In this document: positions 1 to 9,729 of the stretch, in pieces | Position numbering within the stretch: position 1 is the first letter of the stretch | Layout of the letters: each line of letters opens with the position of its first letter | NCBI GenBank assembly: GCA_022361075.1 | Contig: JAKSBQ010000390.1 | Location: 10,079-74,078 of the forward strand | Direction of reading: 5' to 3' | Length of the DNA stretch: 64,000 nucleotides | Source of the DNA: Opitutales bacterium | GTDB lineage: Bacteria > Verrucomicrobiota > Verrucomicrobiia > Opitutales > JAFGAQ01 | The notes under the pieces: model-generated | Seen by the model: the letters and a program-made list of their open reading frames with translations, nothing else | Told to the model about the DNA's origin: nothing | The model's database searches: none | Position numbers and translations under genes: made by a program

Positions 1-1074
1 TACCAACGCGGTAAAAGCTCCACACTTCATGCCTAGTCGCTGTGCAGCCAACACTCCACGACGAAGAATATGCCGAATCACATAGTTCCGCCCTTCATTG
101 CCTGGCAAAATTCCGTCTCCAATCGCAAAACAAACCGCTCGGAGATGGTCTGCCATCGCCCGCAACTGAATATCTGTAGACTGCTGCTCATCTGGCTGTT
201 CACCAACTCTAGGAACAGTTGCCTTGTAAACCTTTCCACAGTGTTTCTCAGCCTCTCTGAAAATATCTCCGAAAAGATCACTGTCGTAGTTAGATGGAAT
301 CTTACCGTAAGTGGTCAGAACATCCGTTGAAGCAAAAATGCCTGCCACACGCTCTAAACCCATCCCGGTATCGACGTGCTTGTTTGCGAGCGGCTGAAAT
401 CCTCCATCCGGCGTAGCGTTGAACTGGATGAAGACCAGATTCCAGATCTCCATGCAGTAAGCGGAATCCCCATTCACCAGGGAGCCTTTTGTGTCCCCTT
501 TTTCGGTAAGATCAATGTGGATCTCACTGCAAGGTCCACAGGGGCCCGTGTCTCCCATCATCCAGAAATTGTCTTTCGCGGCACCGTACACGATATGAAT
601 ATCGGGATCGAGTCCGTCGGCCTCCAGAACCGCTTTCCAAAAATCGTATGCTTCCTGATCAAACGACGCAGGTTCACCTTCCGTGGGTTTGTAGACCGTC
701 ACATAAAGACGTTCTTTCGGGAGTCCCCAAACTTTGGTTAACAGTTCCCACGCCCACTCAATCGCTTCTTTTTTGAAATAATCTCCAAATGACCAATTCC
801 CGAGCATCTCAAAGAAAGTATGGTGGTAGGTATCCCAGCCGACATCTTCGAGGTCGTTATGTTTTCCACCCGCACGAATGCATTTTTGAGTATCTGCCAC
901 TCTGGGGTGAGGAGCCGCGCGCTCTTCCAGAAAACAGGGCACAAATGGGTTCATCCCAGCATTGGTGAAAAGCAAGTTGGGAGCCGAAGGTAACAATGGC
1001 GACGATGGAACGATCCGGTGCTGCTTGTTTTCAAAGAAGTCCTGGAAGGATTGTCGTAATTTTGCGGAATCCAT
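1..1074 (-). CDS. alaS: alanine--tRNA ligase, N-terminal 358 codons (partial, continues beyond left edge)
   Basis: Own translation of the minus strand from the ATG (rc of cat 1072-1074) gives [29 protein letters not shown]. It carries the AlaRS core motifs [26 protein letters not shown] and [18 protein letters not shown]. The frame stays open to position 1, so it is absent from the ORF track. The plus-strand ORFs 70-330 and 376-741 are antisense artefacts. Confidence 0.93.
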   Translation of the reverse strand, partial: MDSAKLRQSFQDFFENKQHRIVPSSPLLPSAPNLLFTNAGMNPFVPCFLEERAAPHPRVADTQKCIRAGGKHNDLEDVGWDTYHHTFFEMLGNWSFGDYFKKEAIEWAWELLTKVWGLPKERLYVTVYKPTEGEPASFDQEAYDFWKAVLEADGLDPDIHIVYGAAKDNFWMMGDTGPCGPCSEIHIDLTEKGDTKGSLVNGDSAYCMEIWNLVFIQFNATPDGGFQPLANKHVDTGMGLERVAGIFASTDVLTTYGKIPSNYDSDLFGDIFREAEKHCGKVYKATVPRVGEQPDEQQSTDIQLRAMADHLRAVCFAIGDGILPGNEGRNYVIRHILRRGVLAAQRLGMKCGAFTALV

Positions 1075-1108
1075 AAAAAAGAGAAAAACCCTGCCAATGA
1101 CAGGGTTT
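1075..1108 (-). terminator. terminator-like hairpin plus T-run abutting the alaS start codon (terminator of the upstream gene or an attenuator)
   Basis: The minus strand reads AAACCCTG TCATTGG CAGGGTTT (1108->1086), followed by TTCTCTTTTTT (1085->1075) and then the alaS ATG. Confidence 0.45.
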
Positions 1109-1244
1109 CAACACAATATTTTCGTTCTTATCCAGAAAATGAAATCATGAAAGTGTGCAACTCACTGACACGATCCAATGCGTTGCACACTCTGTTGATC
1201 GAAGCTCATTGTCGGAAGCTTCGATCTCTGTGGGTATCCTTCAA

Positions 1245-1949
1245 CTATCTATCTACCCTAAATGGAACGACCGCCCGGGTCATCACAGGTTTCCCGTTTT
1301 TCGTGGGAGGTTCAAATTTCCAGTCCATTAGTGTTTCAAGAATGATGCCTGCCATCACAATTTCAGTGTCCAATTCTTTGACCACTGGAAGTCTTACGTT
1401 CCCCTCCTGATCGATAAAAAATTGGAATTTCACTTCGTTGCCAGCATTTCTCCTGACTAGGCTGGTATGAACCGGAGGAGTTTTCATCTCAACGGGCGCA
1501 GGAATCCGGTCCAGCTCCTTGAAAGGAACCACGATGTGATGATCATCCCTCATCATGTTGTATAGGCTGACGACTGCATCACCTGCCAACAAACTCACAA
1601 TGCTACCCGAAGAATCAAAAACAATTTTTACCTCAAAATAGCTCCACACGGGCTCTCCATCAATCATGGAGGGCTCAAAGATCCATTCGTCGATCACTCT
1701 CTCAATCGCGTCTACAAACATCATGTCGTGTGTGCGAATAGGGATCCAATCATCGACTTTACCTTGGTCGTCAGCGAGAATCGCAAGATCAATAGTTGCA
1801 CGACCGTTTATCTCCAGGTATTTTGAACCGCCTACGAAAGGTTCCACAAATTTATTGAGAACCATTGTGTCCTTGGAGCTGGATTTGGCAGTTAAGCAAC
1901 CAACAACCGCGAACAAGCAAAGAGATACTATGATTAATTTGTTTTTCAT
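1245..1949 (-). CDS. lipoprotein with two TonB C-terminal-like domains
   Basis: The ORF track gives 1245..2063. I moved the start to ATG 1949 so the product begins MKNKLIIVSLCLFAVVGC (signal peptide plus lipobox Cys). The C-terminal part (KFQFFIDQEGNVRLPVV...WKFEPPTKNGKPVMTRAVVPFRV) resembles the TonB_C signature. The first half repeats it (WIFEPSMIDGEPVWSYFEVKIVF). There is no Pro-rich spacer. Confidence 0.55.
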   Translation of the reverse strand: MKNKLIIVSLCLFAVVGCLTAKSSSKDTMVLNKFVEPFVGGSKYLEINGRATIDLAILADDQGKVDDWIPIRTHDMMFVDAIERVIDEWIFEPSMIDGEPVWSYFEVKIVFDSSGSIVSLLAGDAVVSLYNMMRDDHHIVVPFKELDRIPAPVEMKTPPVHTSLVRRNAGNEVKFQFFIDQEGNVRLPVVKELDTEIVMAGIILETLMDWKFEPPTKNGKPVMTRAVVPFRVDR

Positions 1950-2088
1950 GATTTCATCTGGGTTAAATTTCAGTTTGGATTTCTTTGCAATACGCCAGAC
2001 TCTTCCCAAAACCCTCCAAAAAAGTTTTTTGAAGGGTAGTTCAGGTCTCAGGAGTAAAAACAACTAACAAAAGCTGGTTAGCGATAAA

Positions 2089-2850
2089 ATGAACGACAAA
2101 GAACTAAAGAATATTCTCTCAACTTGGGAAGTGGATCTTAAAAAAGATCCAATGCTTCATGAAAAAGTAAAAAGTCGTATTCATGAACAAGAGGTTGCCT
2201 CATTCGAAAACCAACTCGATAACCCTCTTTCGTTTGGTTTAGCCATTAGACGATTTCTCCCTTACTTAAGCGGCATCACTGCGCTTGGAGCGATCATTTT
2301 TCTATTTACGGTAAAGTTTCCGGGTAAAATGCTGGATAATTCTTCCATGCCCGAAGTCTACCGACAAATCGTAGATCCTGCGAACTCCATTAAGCAAAAT
2401 CTCGCAAGCACTGAAGGATTTGCGGATATCAAAAGACCCATTGGTTTGTCGCGCACTCGATTTGGTGAGGCAGTTTCGTGGCTTGAAGACAGAGTTCGGC
2501 TAACCCCTCAGCAGTCGATGCAATTCGAAAAGATTCACAATGAATACTACGACCGCTTTGTAGGCCTGTCCTCACAACTCATTTTGCTGGAAAATCAATA
2601 TCGAGAGTTTGAACGACTTCGAATATCTGACAGGGAAGTGAACCTCCTTTCCGTCTACGACAACTTACAGGCCCAAAAAGATATTTATCAACAAGCCCTT
2701 CAGGTTCAGCAGCTTTTTCTCAACCAGATTTTCCAGGTCCTCGATGCCGAGCAAGAAGGTCTCTATGGAGAAATACTTTCTACCCCCAAACTTCTGAACC
2801 CACCATCTGCTCGGAACGAAGCGGGCATCAAACGTGAATGGCAAATCTGA
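2089..2850 (+). CDS. single-pass membrane protein, probable anti-sigma factor with periplasmic LTxxQ/Spy-CpxP-like helical domain
   Basis: 253-aa ORF with one TM segment (FLPYLSGITALGAIIFLFTV). Its C-terminal helical region contains RLTPQQSMQFEKIHNEYYDRF. It overlaps the downstream ECF sigma gene by 17 nt. Confidence 0.4.
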   Translation: MNDKELKNILSTWEVDLKKDPMLHEKVKSRIHEQEVASFENQLDNPLSFGLAIRRFLPYLSGITALGAIIFLFTVKFPGKMLDNSSMPEVYRQIVDPANSIKQNLASTEGFADIKRPIGLSRTRFGEAVSWLEDRVRLTPQQSMQFEKIHNEYYDRFVGLSSQLILLENQYREFERLRISDREVNLLSVYDNLQAQKDIYQQALQVQQLFLNQIFQVLDAEQEGLYGEILSTPKLLNPPSARNEAGIKREWQI

Positions 2851-3400
2851 CAATGAGCTCATGATTGAGCTCCAAAACGGTCATACGCGAGCGCTTGATA
2901 TTCTAATCGACCGCTGGGAGATGCGTATTCGATCCTTTGTTTATCGATATACGCAGGATGTATCATGGACCGATGAGCTCGTTCAGGAAACTTTTGTCAA
3001 AATCTACCAAAACGCCTCTAAATTCGATACCTCCCGTAAGTTTTCACCATGGATTTTTACAATCGCTACCAATATCTGTCGGAACTTGCACCGATGGAAA
3101 AAGCGAAGAGTGGGCCTCGATCAAAGTATCGATGATTCAGACTTGCCTCTAAATATTGAAGACACTTCAGCTGCAACTCCCTTTGTCGACGCCCAGAAGG
3201 CGGAACAAGAGCAGCAGGTTCGCAAAGCGATCATGAGTCTCTCCGAACATTACCAGACAGCGGTCATACTCCACTATTATCAAGGGATGTCGTATGAGGA
3301 TATTGCAGAAGTTCTGAAATGCTCTGTCCGCGGCGTAGAAACCCGACTCTATCGCGCCAGAAAAACGCTCAAGCAAAAACTATCCGCCATCCCTGTCTGA
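2834..3400 (+). CDS. ECF-subfamily RNA polymerase sigma-70 factor
   Basis: 188 aa with a GTG start. Region 2 reads ELVQETFVKIYQN...FSPWIFTIATNICRNLHR. The region 4 HTH reads LHYYQGMSYEDIAEVLKCSVRGVETRLYRARKTL. Confidence 0.85.
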   Translation: MNGKSDNELMIELQNGHTRALDILIDRWEMRIRSFVYRYTQDVSWTDELVQETFVKIYQNASKFDTSRKFSPWIFTIATNICRNLHRWKKRRVGLDQSIDDSDLPLNIEDTSAATPFVDAQKAEQEQQVRKAIMSLSEHYQTAVILHYYQGMSYEDIAEVLKCSVRGVETRLYRARKTLKQKLSAIPV

Positions 3401-3454
3401 TCAAAACATCATCGGATGTTTACATTAGTAGAGGTTCCTTCAAAATAAGGTGTG

Positions 3455-4591
3455 ATGGAACCCAAAGATCATGAAAGATGGATGCGTTATGCCATAGCTT
3501 TAGCAAAAAAAGCTTGGGGTGACACTCACCCGAATCCCATGGTTGGAGCAGTCTTGGTTCACAACGGAAAAACCGTCGCTGAAGGATTTCATGCGAAAGC
3601 GGGCGAGCTTCACGCCGAACGCGCTGCTCTTCAAAGTATCGAGCTTTCCAAAAATGAGCAGAAGGAGGGTGTGCTTTACGTAACGCTCGAACCCTGTTGC
3701 ACCCATGGTAGAACACCTCCCTGTGTCGAGATCATTCTCGAAAAGAAAATCGCTCATGTGGTGGTCGGGGCGATCGATCCAAACCCTAAACATCAAGGAA
3801 AGGGGATTGAGATACTGGAAACCGCTGGAGTGAAGGTCACCCAGGGGATCCTCGAAAAAGAATGCGAAGATCTAAACCTGATCTTCACTCATCGAATGAA
3901 AACAGGTTTGCCACTCATTGCGCTGAAGTCTGCTACGACATTGGATGGTAAAATCGCGACATCCAGTGGAAAATCCAAGTGGATCACAGGTTCCAAAGCC
4001 CGCCAAAACGTGATGCGTTGGCGCAAATATTTTCCAGCGATTGGTATTGGAGCGGGAACTGCATTAGCGGACAATCCCAGCCTCACGGTTCGTGAAAACG
4101 AAGATACACTTCAATGTCCTGTTCGCTTCGTTTTTGATCGAAAGCTCATCACTCAAAATCACATTCCTGAACTCAATCTGTTTCAAGATCAGTGGACTCA
4201 ACAAACCATTTTGGTAACCGACAAAGCTAACCCCAAAGATGAGATTCGAAGGTATTGGGATACGGGATGTGAAGTACTTACTCTAGATTTCGCACGCGGA
4301 GCTTTTCCTGCAGAAGAGTTCAAGAAAGCTTTGGATAAGCTAGAGTTGTTCGGAGTCTATCTTGAGGGAGGCGCCGGGTTGGCAGAAACTTTCTTAAAGG
4401 CAGACTCAATTGACTATTTATTTCTCTATCAAGCTCCGAAGATTTTTGCTGATGCAAGGGCCCCATCTTTTGTCTCAGGGCTTACTCCTAAAAACCCCAG
4501 TGACGCGATTCATTTGCAGAATCCAACTTACGAACAATTTGGAGATGATTTCCTTACCCGAGGTTGGGTGGGCAAAAGGCCTTCTAGATGA
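3455..4591 (+). CDS. ribD: bifunctional riboflavin biosynthesis protein RibD (deaminase/reductase)
   Basis: Deaminase motifs HPNPMVGAVLV, HAERAAL and TLEPCCTHGRTPPC, followed by a C-terminal reductase domain (ATTLDGKIATSSGKSKWITG). I preferred ATG 3455 over GTG 3452. Confidence 0.9.
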   Translation: MEPKDHERWMRYAIALAKKAWGDTHPNPMVGAVLVHNGKTVAEGFHAKAGELHAERAALQSIELSKNEQKEGVLYVTLEPCCTHGRTPPCVEIILEKKIAHVVVGAIDPNPKHQGKGIEILETAGVKVTQGILEKECEDLNLIFTHRMKTGLPLIALKSATTLDGKIATSSGKSKWITGSKARQNVMRWRKYFPAIGIGAGTALADNPSLTVRENEDTLQCPVRFVFDRKLITQNHIPELNLFQDQWTQQTILVTDKANPKDEIRRYWDTGCEVLTLDFARGAFPAEEFKKALDKLELFGVYLEGGAGLAETFLKADSIDYLFLYQAPKIFADARAPSFVSGLTPKNPSDAIHLQNPTYEQFGDDFLTRGWVGKRPSR

Positions 4592-6356
4592 TATCTCTGA
4601 AAATCTCTATGTAGAACGCCTTCAGTAACTGATAAATTTTGACCGGATCAGTCATCCCGAGAGCTTCATTCGACATACTTTTTGCCTCTTCCAAGGAAAG
4701 GTGGCGGATCAAGTATTTTACCTCAGCAAACGAGCTCGGAGATACACTCAAGTTGTCGACTCCCAAACCAAGCAACAACGACGAAAAAATAGGATCCCCG
4801 GCCATCTCACCACAAACACTTACCGGAACACCTTTGCTGTGAGCAGTATCCACAATATGTTTAATCATCCGGATTACTGCGGGGTGATAGGGCTCGTAAA
4901 GATCCGAAATCATATCGTTCACACGATCCACCGCCATCATGTATTGAATGAGATCATTTGTACCAATACTGATAAATTGACAATGCTCAGCGATCACATC
5001 AGTCATGACCGCAGCGCTGGGAATTTCAATCATACTCCCGATCTGGATCTCTCGATCATAATCGATACATCGTTCATCAAGAGAGGTTTTTACATCGTCC
5101 AAAATCTGATTAGCTTCCAGCAGCTCCGCCAAACCCGAAATCATAGGGTACATGATTTTCAGATTTCCAAAAGCACTTGCCCTCAGAATTGCACTGAGTT
5201 GAGCTCGAAAAACATCTGGAAAACGGAGACAGTATCGAATCGCTCGTAACCCCATAAACGGATTCGTTTCTTTGTTTTTGAAACCTACTGCTGAAATGAG
5301 CTTGTCTCCTCCCAAATCGAAGGTCCTAAACGTGACGGATTTACCTTCCACAGACTCCATTACCGATTTGTATTCCTCGAACTGAGCATCTTCGGAAACG
5401 AGTTTGTTATCTCGCAGGTATACCCCTTCAGTACGGTAGAGGCCCACTTCAGTCGCATTTAATTCAACCACCTTCGAAGCATCATGAATACCTTCTATGT
5501 TCAAAGAAAGAGGAATCTCCTTGTTGTCTAAGGTGAAACCAGGTTGATAAATCTCCGAACTGAAGACTGCTTCGACACTTTCCTTGCGGAGTCGATACTC
5601 GTGGTATTCTGCCTGCGTCTCGGCTGAAGGATTGATGATTACCACCCCTTCATATCCATCCACAAGTACCTGATCTCCACTGTGAATGAGTTCTGATATA
5701 TTATGAAGGCCAACGACTGCAGGTAAGCCTAGCGACCTGGCCATAATCGCCGTATGGCTGGTCGTTCCTCCACTATCCGTCACCAAACCTGCCATGTCGC
5801 AAGAGTGTAAGTTCGCTGTATCTGACGGAACCAGATCTTTAGAAACCAGTACTGAACCGACAACGAGATCCGAAAGCTTGGATTCTGTGATGTCCCTTCG
5901 ACCCAGAAGATTTGCCAACAATCTTCGGGCAACATCTCTGATATCACTTACGCGCTCCTTCAAATACTCATCGTCTATGTTATTAAAAAAGCTGATGTAC
6001 TTCTGAGCAGTTTGGTGAAAGCAATACTCAGCATTGTAGCCCGATTTTTTGATCTCCTCATGGGTCTCACCAATCAAAGCAACATCTTCCAAAACCATCA
6101 GGTGAGCGTCAAATATCTTGGCCTCGTCTTCTCCCAAATTGGAGGCGATGTCGCTGCGAATTTGCTGAATTTGTCGACGAGTTTCGAGTATTGCTCCGTC
6201 AAATCGATCCAACTCTTTTTCCACGCGATCGGGTTCGACAAAATACATTGGGATGTCGAATTCTTTTTTCTGATAGAGGAAACCCGGAGCGTATGCCAAT
6301 CCAGGAGATGCTGCAACACCTTCAAGTCGTATCTCCTGTTTCTCTACTTCAGACAT
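4584..6356 (-). CDS. ptsI: phosphoenolpyruvate--protein phosphotransferase (PTS enzyme I)
   Basis: Motifs GGTTSHTAIMARSLGLPAVVG (phospho-His loop), NPFMGLRAIR, IGTNDLIQY and CGEMAGDP. I moved the start to ATG 6356 (MSEVEKQEIRLEGVAASPG). The 3' end overlaps the ribD stop by 8 nt (convergent). Confidence 0.9.
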   Translation of the reverse strand: MSEVEKQEIRLEGVAASPGLAYAPGFLYQKKEFDIPMYFVEPDRVEKELDRFDGAILETRRQIQQIRSDIASNLGEDEAKIFDAHLMVLEDVALIGETHEEIKKSGYNAEYCFHQTAQKYISFFNNIDDEYLKERVSDIRDVARRLLANLLGRRDITESKLSDLVVGSVLVSKDLVPSDTANLHSCDMAGLVTDSGGTTSHTAIMARSLGLPAVVGLHNISELIHSGDQVLVDGYEGVVIINPSAETQAEYHEYRLRKESVEAVFSSEIYQPGFTLDNKEIPLSLNIEGIHDASKVVELNATEVGLYRTEGVYLRDNKLVSEDAQFEEYKSVMESVEGKSVTFRTFDLGGDKLISAVGFKNKETNPFMGLRAIRYCLRFPDVFRAQLSAILRASAFGNLKIMYPMISGLAELLEANQILDDVKTSLDERCIDYDREIQIGSMIEIPSAAVMTDVIAEHCQFISIGTNDLIQYMMAVDRVNDMISDLYEPYHPAVIRMIKHIVDTAHSKGVPVSVCGEMAGDPIFSSLLLGLGVDNLSVSPSSFAEVKYLIRHLSLEEAKSMSNEALGMTDPVKIYQLLKAFYIEIFRDII

Positions 6357-6502
6357 ATGCGAGGAAAATAGGGCTCTAAATCGTGATAATAATGTAGTAT
6401 AGGGTAGTTTTCTAGGGGATTTGATAAGCGAAACGCTCTTTCCGCTGCTCACCCCTTAGGTTATGTGCCCCTCTGAGGATGCCAAGCTAATTCGTTGCCA
6501 AG

Positions 6503-7387
6503 TTATCTGAGTTTGGTGAATTTCACCAAAGAGTGAGGTCCCCAGCATTCTTTCACACGCTCGACCACTTTGTCTTTATTTTCAGACGGATCGATCCAGC
6601 AAAAACAGGCACTGCCACTACCGGACATGAACAATGGTTTATCGAATCTTCTCAAAAACTCATTTTTTAAGCATGGAATGGCCGCATATTTTGCATCAAC
6701 AGGAATGCTCAAGTCATTCCTAAAACTCAACTCTTCAAACTCCCCACTTCTCCACAACTCGATCTCGGAAGCACTCTTTTCCGGATCGGTATATCGATCA
6801 CGAAAACTTTCACGCATCGATTTGTAAGCCCACGCCGCCGAGACTCCGAATCCCGGATGTATGATTAACAACTCCTTGCCTTTAAGTTCTTTTTGGATTC
6901 TGCACGGAAATGATTCCATTCGTTCACCTCTGCCTCTCATGCGTTGAATGCCAGAACCGAAAAAAATTCGACAATCTGATCCCAACTCAGTCGACCATTC
7001 AGCGAGAATGGTTTGATCGATTTTCTCCTCGTTCAGCATGTTAACCAGCTTGAGCATGGTTGCTGCGTTACCGGAGCCCCCTCCTAAACCAGCCCCTAGC
7101 GGGATTTCCTTGTTCAGCACAATTTTGAGGCTCTTCGAGAAGTCCGTTCTGTCCCGATACAATTCCAAAGCCTTATAGACCAAGTTGTTTGGATCCCAAC
7201 CCAACTCAGGGATGTTACACTCGAAGCGGTCTTGACCCGAATCATGCACTGCAGCAGAGATTCGGTCTCCGAATTCGAGTAACGCTACCAAGGAATCCAA
7301 TTCGTGAAATCCATCTTCACGAATACCAGTAACCGCCAAGTAGAGGTTGATCTTAGCAGGAGAAAACTGTTCCAGAACCTCTGGCAT
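6503..7387 (-). CDS. ispE: 4-diphosphocytidyl-2-C-methyl-D-erythritol kinase
   Basis: AKINLYLAVTGIREDGFHELDSL and the GHMP kinase loop PLGAGLGGGSGNAA. Confidence 0.9.
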   Translation of the reverse strand: MPEVLEQFSPAKINLYLAVTGIREDGFHELDSLVALLEFGDRISAAVHDSGQDRFECNIPELGWDPNNLVYKALELYRDRTDFSKSLKIVLNKEIPLGAGLGGGSGNAATMLKLVNMLNEEKIDQTILAEWSTELGSDCRIFFGSGIQRMRGRGERMESFPCRIQKELKGKELLIIHPGFGVSAAWAYKSMRESFRDRYTDPEKSASEIELWRSGEFEELSFRNDLSIPVDAKYAAIPCLKNEFLRRFDKPLFMSGSGSACFCWIDPSENKDKVVERVKECWGPHSLVKFTKLR

Positions 7388-7407
7388 CCGACTCCTACAA
7401 GATCCAA

Positions 7408-8526
7408 TTAATTACCTAAAACCGACTCCAATGGAGTGTGGTCGAGGTCAAAAGCATCTGCTACGGCTTTATACGTGATTTTTCTGTCGATAATGTTGAT
7501 ACCTCTTGCAAATCCCGGATCCGATTTTGCCAAAGCGCTCACTCCATGTTCAGCGATACGAACAACATATGGAAGTGTGACATTGGTTAGCGCTATCGTC
7601 GATGTGACTGGCATTGCCCCGGGCATATTCGCCACGCAATAGTGCACAATCCCATCTACCTCGTAAATCGGATCTTGGTGCGTCGTTGCTTTAGAGGTTT
7701 CAAAAGAACCACCTTGATCAATCGCAACATCGACCATCACCGCTCCCTTTCTCATGGTTTTGAGCATCTCACGGGTAATCAGTCTGGGCGCTTGGCCTCC
7801 GTGAATAAGCACTCCGCCGATCACAATGTCCGAAACCTTTAAAAACTTCCGAATATTCTCTGGATTCGACATCAAGGTGAAAACATTGGAAGGCATCACG
7901 TCATCCAGATAACGCAAGCGGTCCACGTTTATATCGAGAACAAACACCCGAGCCCCCAAGGCTGCTGCAACTTTTGCAGCGCAAGTACCCACGATCCCCG
8001 CTCCAAGGATCATGACAGTCGCAGGTTCCACACCGGGAACACCACCGATCAAAACACCTCTGCCGCCATGCTCACGTTCCAGATATTTCGCCGCCTGTTG
8101 TACGGCCATCTTCCCTGCGACCTCACTCATCGGAGTAAGTAACGGAAGGCGCCCATCGGGCGATTCAATCGTTTCATACGCCACTGCGGTTGCTCCCGAT
8201 CGTAGAATCGCTTCAGTAAGCTCTCTGGATGCAGCAAAGTGAAAATAAGTGAACACGATCTGTTCAGGACGGATCATCTTCCACTCGGATTCCAAAGGTT
8301 CCTTCACCTTCAGAATCATCTCTGCCCGTTCAAAAACTTGCGCCGCAGTCAAACCCACTTCAGCACCCGATCGCTGGTAGTCAGAATCTGTAAATCCACT
8401 ATTCGCTCCGGCATCTTTTTCAACTAAAACCTGGTGTCCCTGTTTAGTCAAAATTTCAGCGCCCACAGGGACCAAAGAGACCCTATTTTCATCCTTTTTG
8501 ATTTCCTTTACGACCCCAATAATCAT
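7408..8526 (-). CDS. ald: alanine dehydrogenase
   Basis: MIIGVVKEIKKDENRVSLVP N-terminus, the Rossmann motif ILGAGIVGTCAA and full-length similarity in pattern to the Ald family. Confidence 0.9.
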   Translation of the reverse strand: MIIGVVKEIKKDENRVSLVPVGAEILTKQGHQVLVEKDAGANSGFTDSDYQRSGAEVGLTAAQVFERAEMILKVKEPLESEWKMIRPEQIVFTYFHFAASRELTEAILRSGATAVAYETIESPDGRLPLLTPMSEVAGKMAVQQAAKYLEREHGGRGVLIGGVPGVEPATVMILGAGIVGTCAAKVAAALGARVFVLDINVDRLRYLDDVMPSNVFTLMSNPENIRKFLKVSDIVIGGVLIHGGQAPRLITREMLKTMRKGAVMVDVAIDQGGSFETSKATTHQDPIYEVDGIVHYCVANMPGAMPVTSTIALTNVTLPYVVRIAEHGVSALAKSDPGFARGINIIDRKITYKAVADAFDLDHTPLESVLGN

Positions 8527-8536
8527 TTCATTTCCC

Positions 8537-9205
8537 TTACTTTAAGAGTTGTTGTACGTATTCCACAGGATCAGAATCCTTAAAAAATGAACTTCCGGAA
8601 ACGAGCGTATCAGCCCCTGCTTGATTCGCAATTTTGATGGTTTCCCGGCCAATCCCACCATCAACCTCAATTCGATACCGTAACGTGTTCTGGTCTCTAA
8701 ACTTCTTCAACTCACTGACACTATCCATTGTCTCATGAATGAAAGGTTGTCCTCCAAAGCCAGGATTAACCGTCATCTGTAAAACAAGATCCACCTGATC
8801 CAAAAATGGAAATACTGACTGAACATCCGTCCCAGGATTCAGTGCAATGCCGCAGCGAGAACCTTTCTCCCGAATTTCTTTGAGAAGCCGCCCCGTATCG
8901 ATTTCAGGTTCCACGTGAATCGTCACTAAATCCGCGCCTGCGTCGATAAACGCAGAGGCATAGCGCTCAGGTTCATCGAGCATCAAATGCACATCGAAAA
9001 ACAATTCACTTGAAAGGCGTAAATTCGCGACGGTCTGTGGTCCAAAGGTGAAGTTCGGTACGAAATGCCCATCCATGATGTCAATGTGCACCCACTCCGC
9101 TCCCGATTTTTCGATCTTTGAAAGACTCTCCGCCAATCTTGAGTGATCACCTGCTAGGATGGAAGGTACCACGAGGTCATTACCAGATGTCCATTGTTTT
9201 TTCAT
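8537..9205 (-). CDS. rpe: ribulose-phosphate 3-epimerase
   Basis: PSILAGD, HIDIMDGHFVPN, DVHLM and MTVNPGFGGQ motifs. Confidence 0.92.
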   Translation of the reverse strand: MKKQWTSGNDLVVPSILAGDHSRLAESLSKIEKSGAEWVHIDIMDGHFVPNFTFGPQTVANLRLSSELFFDVHLMLDEPERYASAFIDAGADLVTIHVEPEIDTGRLLKEIREKGSRCGIALNPGTDVQSVFPFLDQVDLVLQMTVNPGFGGQPFIHETMDSVSELKKFRDQNTLRYRIEVDGGIGRETIKIANQAGADTLVSGSSFFKDSDPVEYVQQLLK

Positions 9206-9206
9206 A

Positions 9207-9713
9207 CTACCAAACCGTAAATGCGGAAGCAGTGATATCCTCCGCCAAATCTCTCATCATCGATGATAAGCGTTGCTGAGAAGACTCTTGGAAACCCAAT
9301 TCACGGAAGACCTGGCCCACAACAGATACCTCATCTTCTCTGATTACCTTTTCATTCGAATCAAGAAGATGATATTCCGCAAATATCTCGACCCTGAGCA
9401 CGTCGGATAGCCCCGTGTCACTGGATCTACGGGCCAAGCTCTCTCTCTCACGATCCTTCACAGTAACCTTCAATACGTGGTGCGCGGTCTCTCTTGAATG
9501 TGCTAGATTGAGTGAACCATTCCTTAGGATCGATTCTCTCAATTCTCGATTGAGAGTGATCGAAACGTCGGCTAACGCAACATCCATCGAAATCGGATCA
9601 ATCCAGACCCGATTCCCCTCGAACTGCGAGTTTGGGCGACCCACCTGATAGTGAGAACACCCCACTGCAACCATCAACCAAATGACGATGAAGGACTTGG
9701 TCAGCTGGTGCAT
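9207..9713 (-). CDS. small lipoprotein, possibly LptE-like
   Basis: The signal peptide ends in the lipobox VAVGC, followed by SHYQVG (compare the LptE CGxHLxG start). Its size is 168 aa. It sits 1 nt upstream of rpe and just downstream of the BamD-like gene. Function is tentative. Confidence 0.35.
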   Translation of the reverse strand: MHQLTKSFIVIWLMVAVGCSHYQVGRPNSQFEGNRVWIDPISMDVALADVSITLNRELRESILRNGSLNLAHSRETAHHVLKVTVKDRERESLARRSSDTGLSDVLRVEIFAEYHLLDSNEKVIREDEVSVVGQVFRELGFQESSQQRLSSMMRDLAEDITASAFTVW

Positions 9714-9729
9714 TAAACGATCCTTAGGA

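Noticed and set aside
70-944. ORF-track entries 70-330(+), 78-281(-), 376-741(+) and 738-944(-) at the left edge.
   Set aside because: The minus-strand frame ending at ATG 1074 encodes an unmistakable AlaRS N-terminus across this whole region. The listed ORFs are antisense or out-of-frame artefacts.
1075-1244. A T-box riboswitch upstream of alaS.
   Set aside because: I found no T-box consensus (no AGGGTGGTACCGCG-like element) and no specifier-loop architecture, and T-boxes are not expected in this lineage. I kept the region as a generic attenuator hypothesis.
6357-6452. N-terminal extensions implied by the longest-ORF starts. These affect ptsI (6452), guaA (34346), rpmF (13273), plsX (12997), uppP (14305), trpD (14294), the LolA-like gene (32695), the PPase (39887), the TonB_C lipoprotein (2063) and the Wzc-like gene (55947).
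   Set aside because: The extensions do not resemble the respective families. Several start at GTG or TTG, and some create overlaps with neighbours or sit inside hairpins. Internal ATGs give canonical N-termini or signal peptides.
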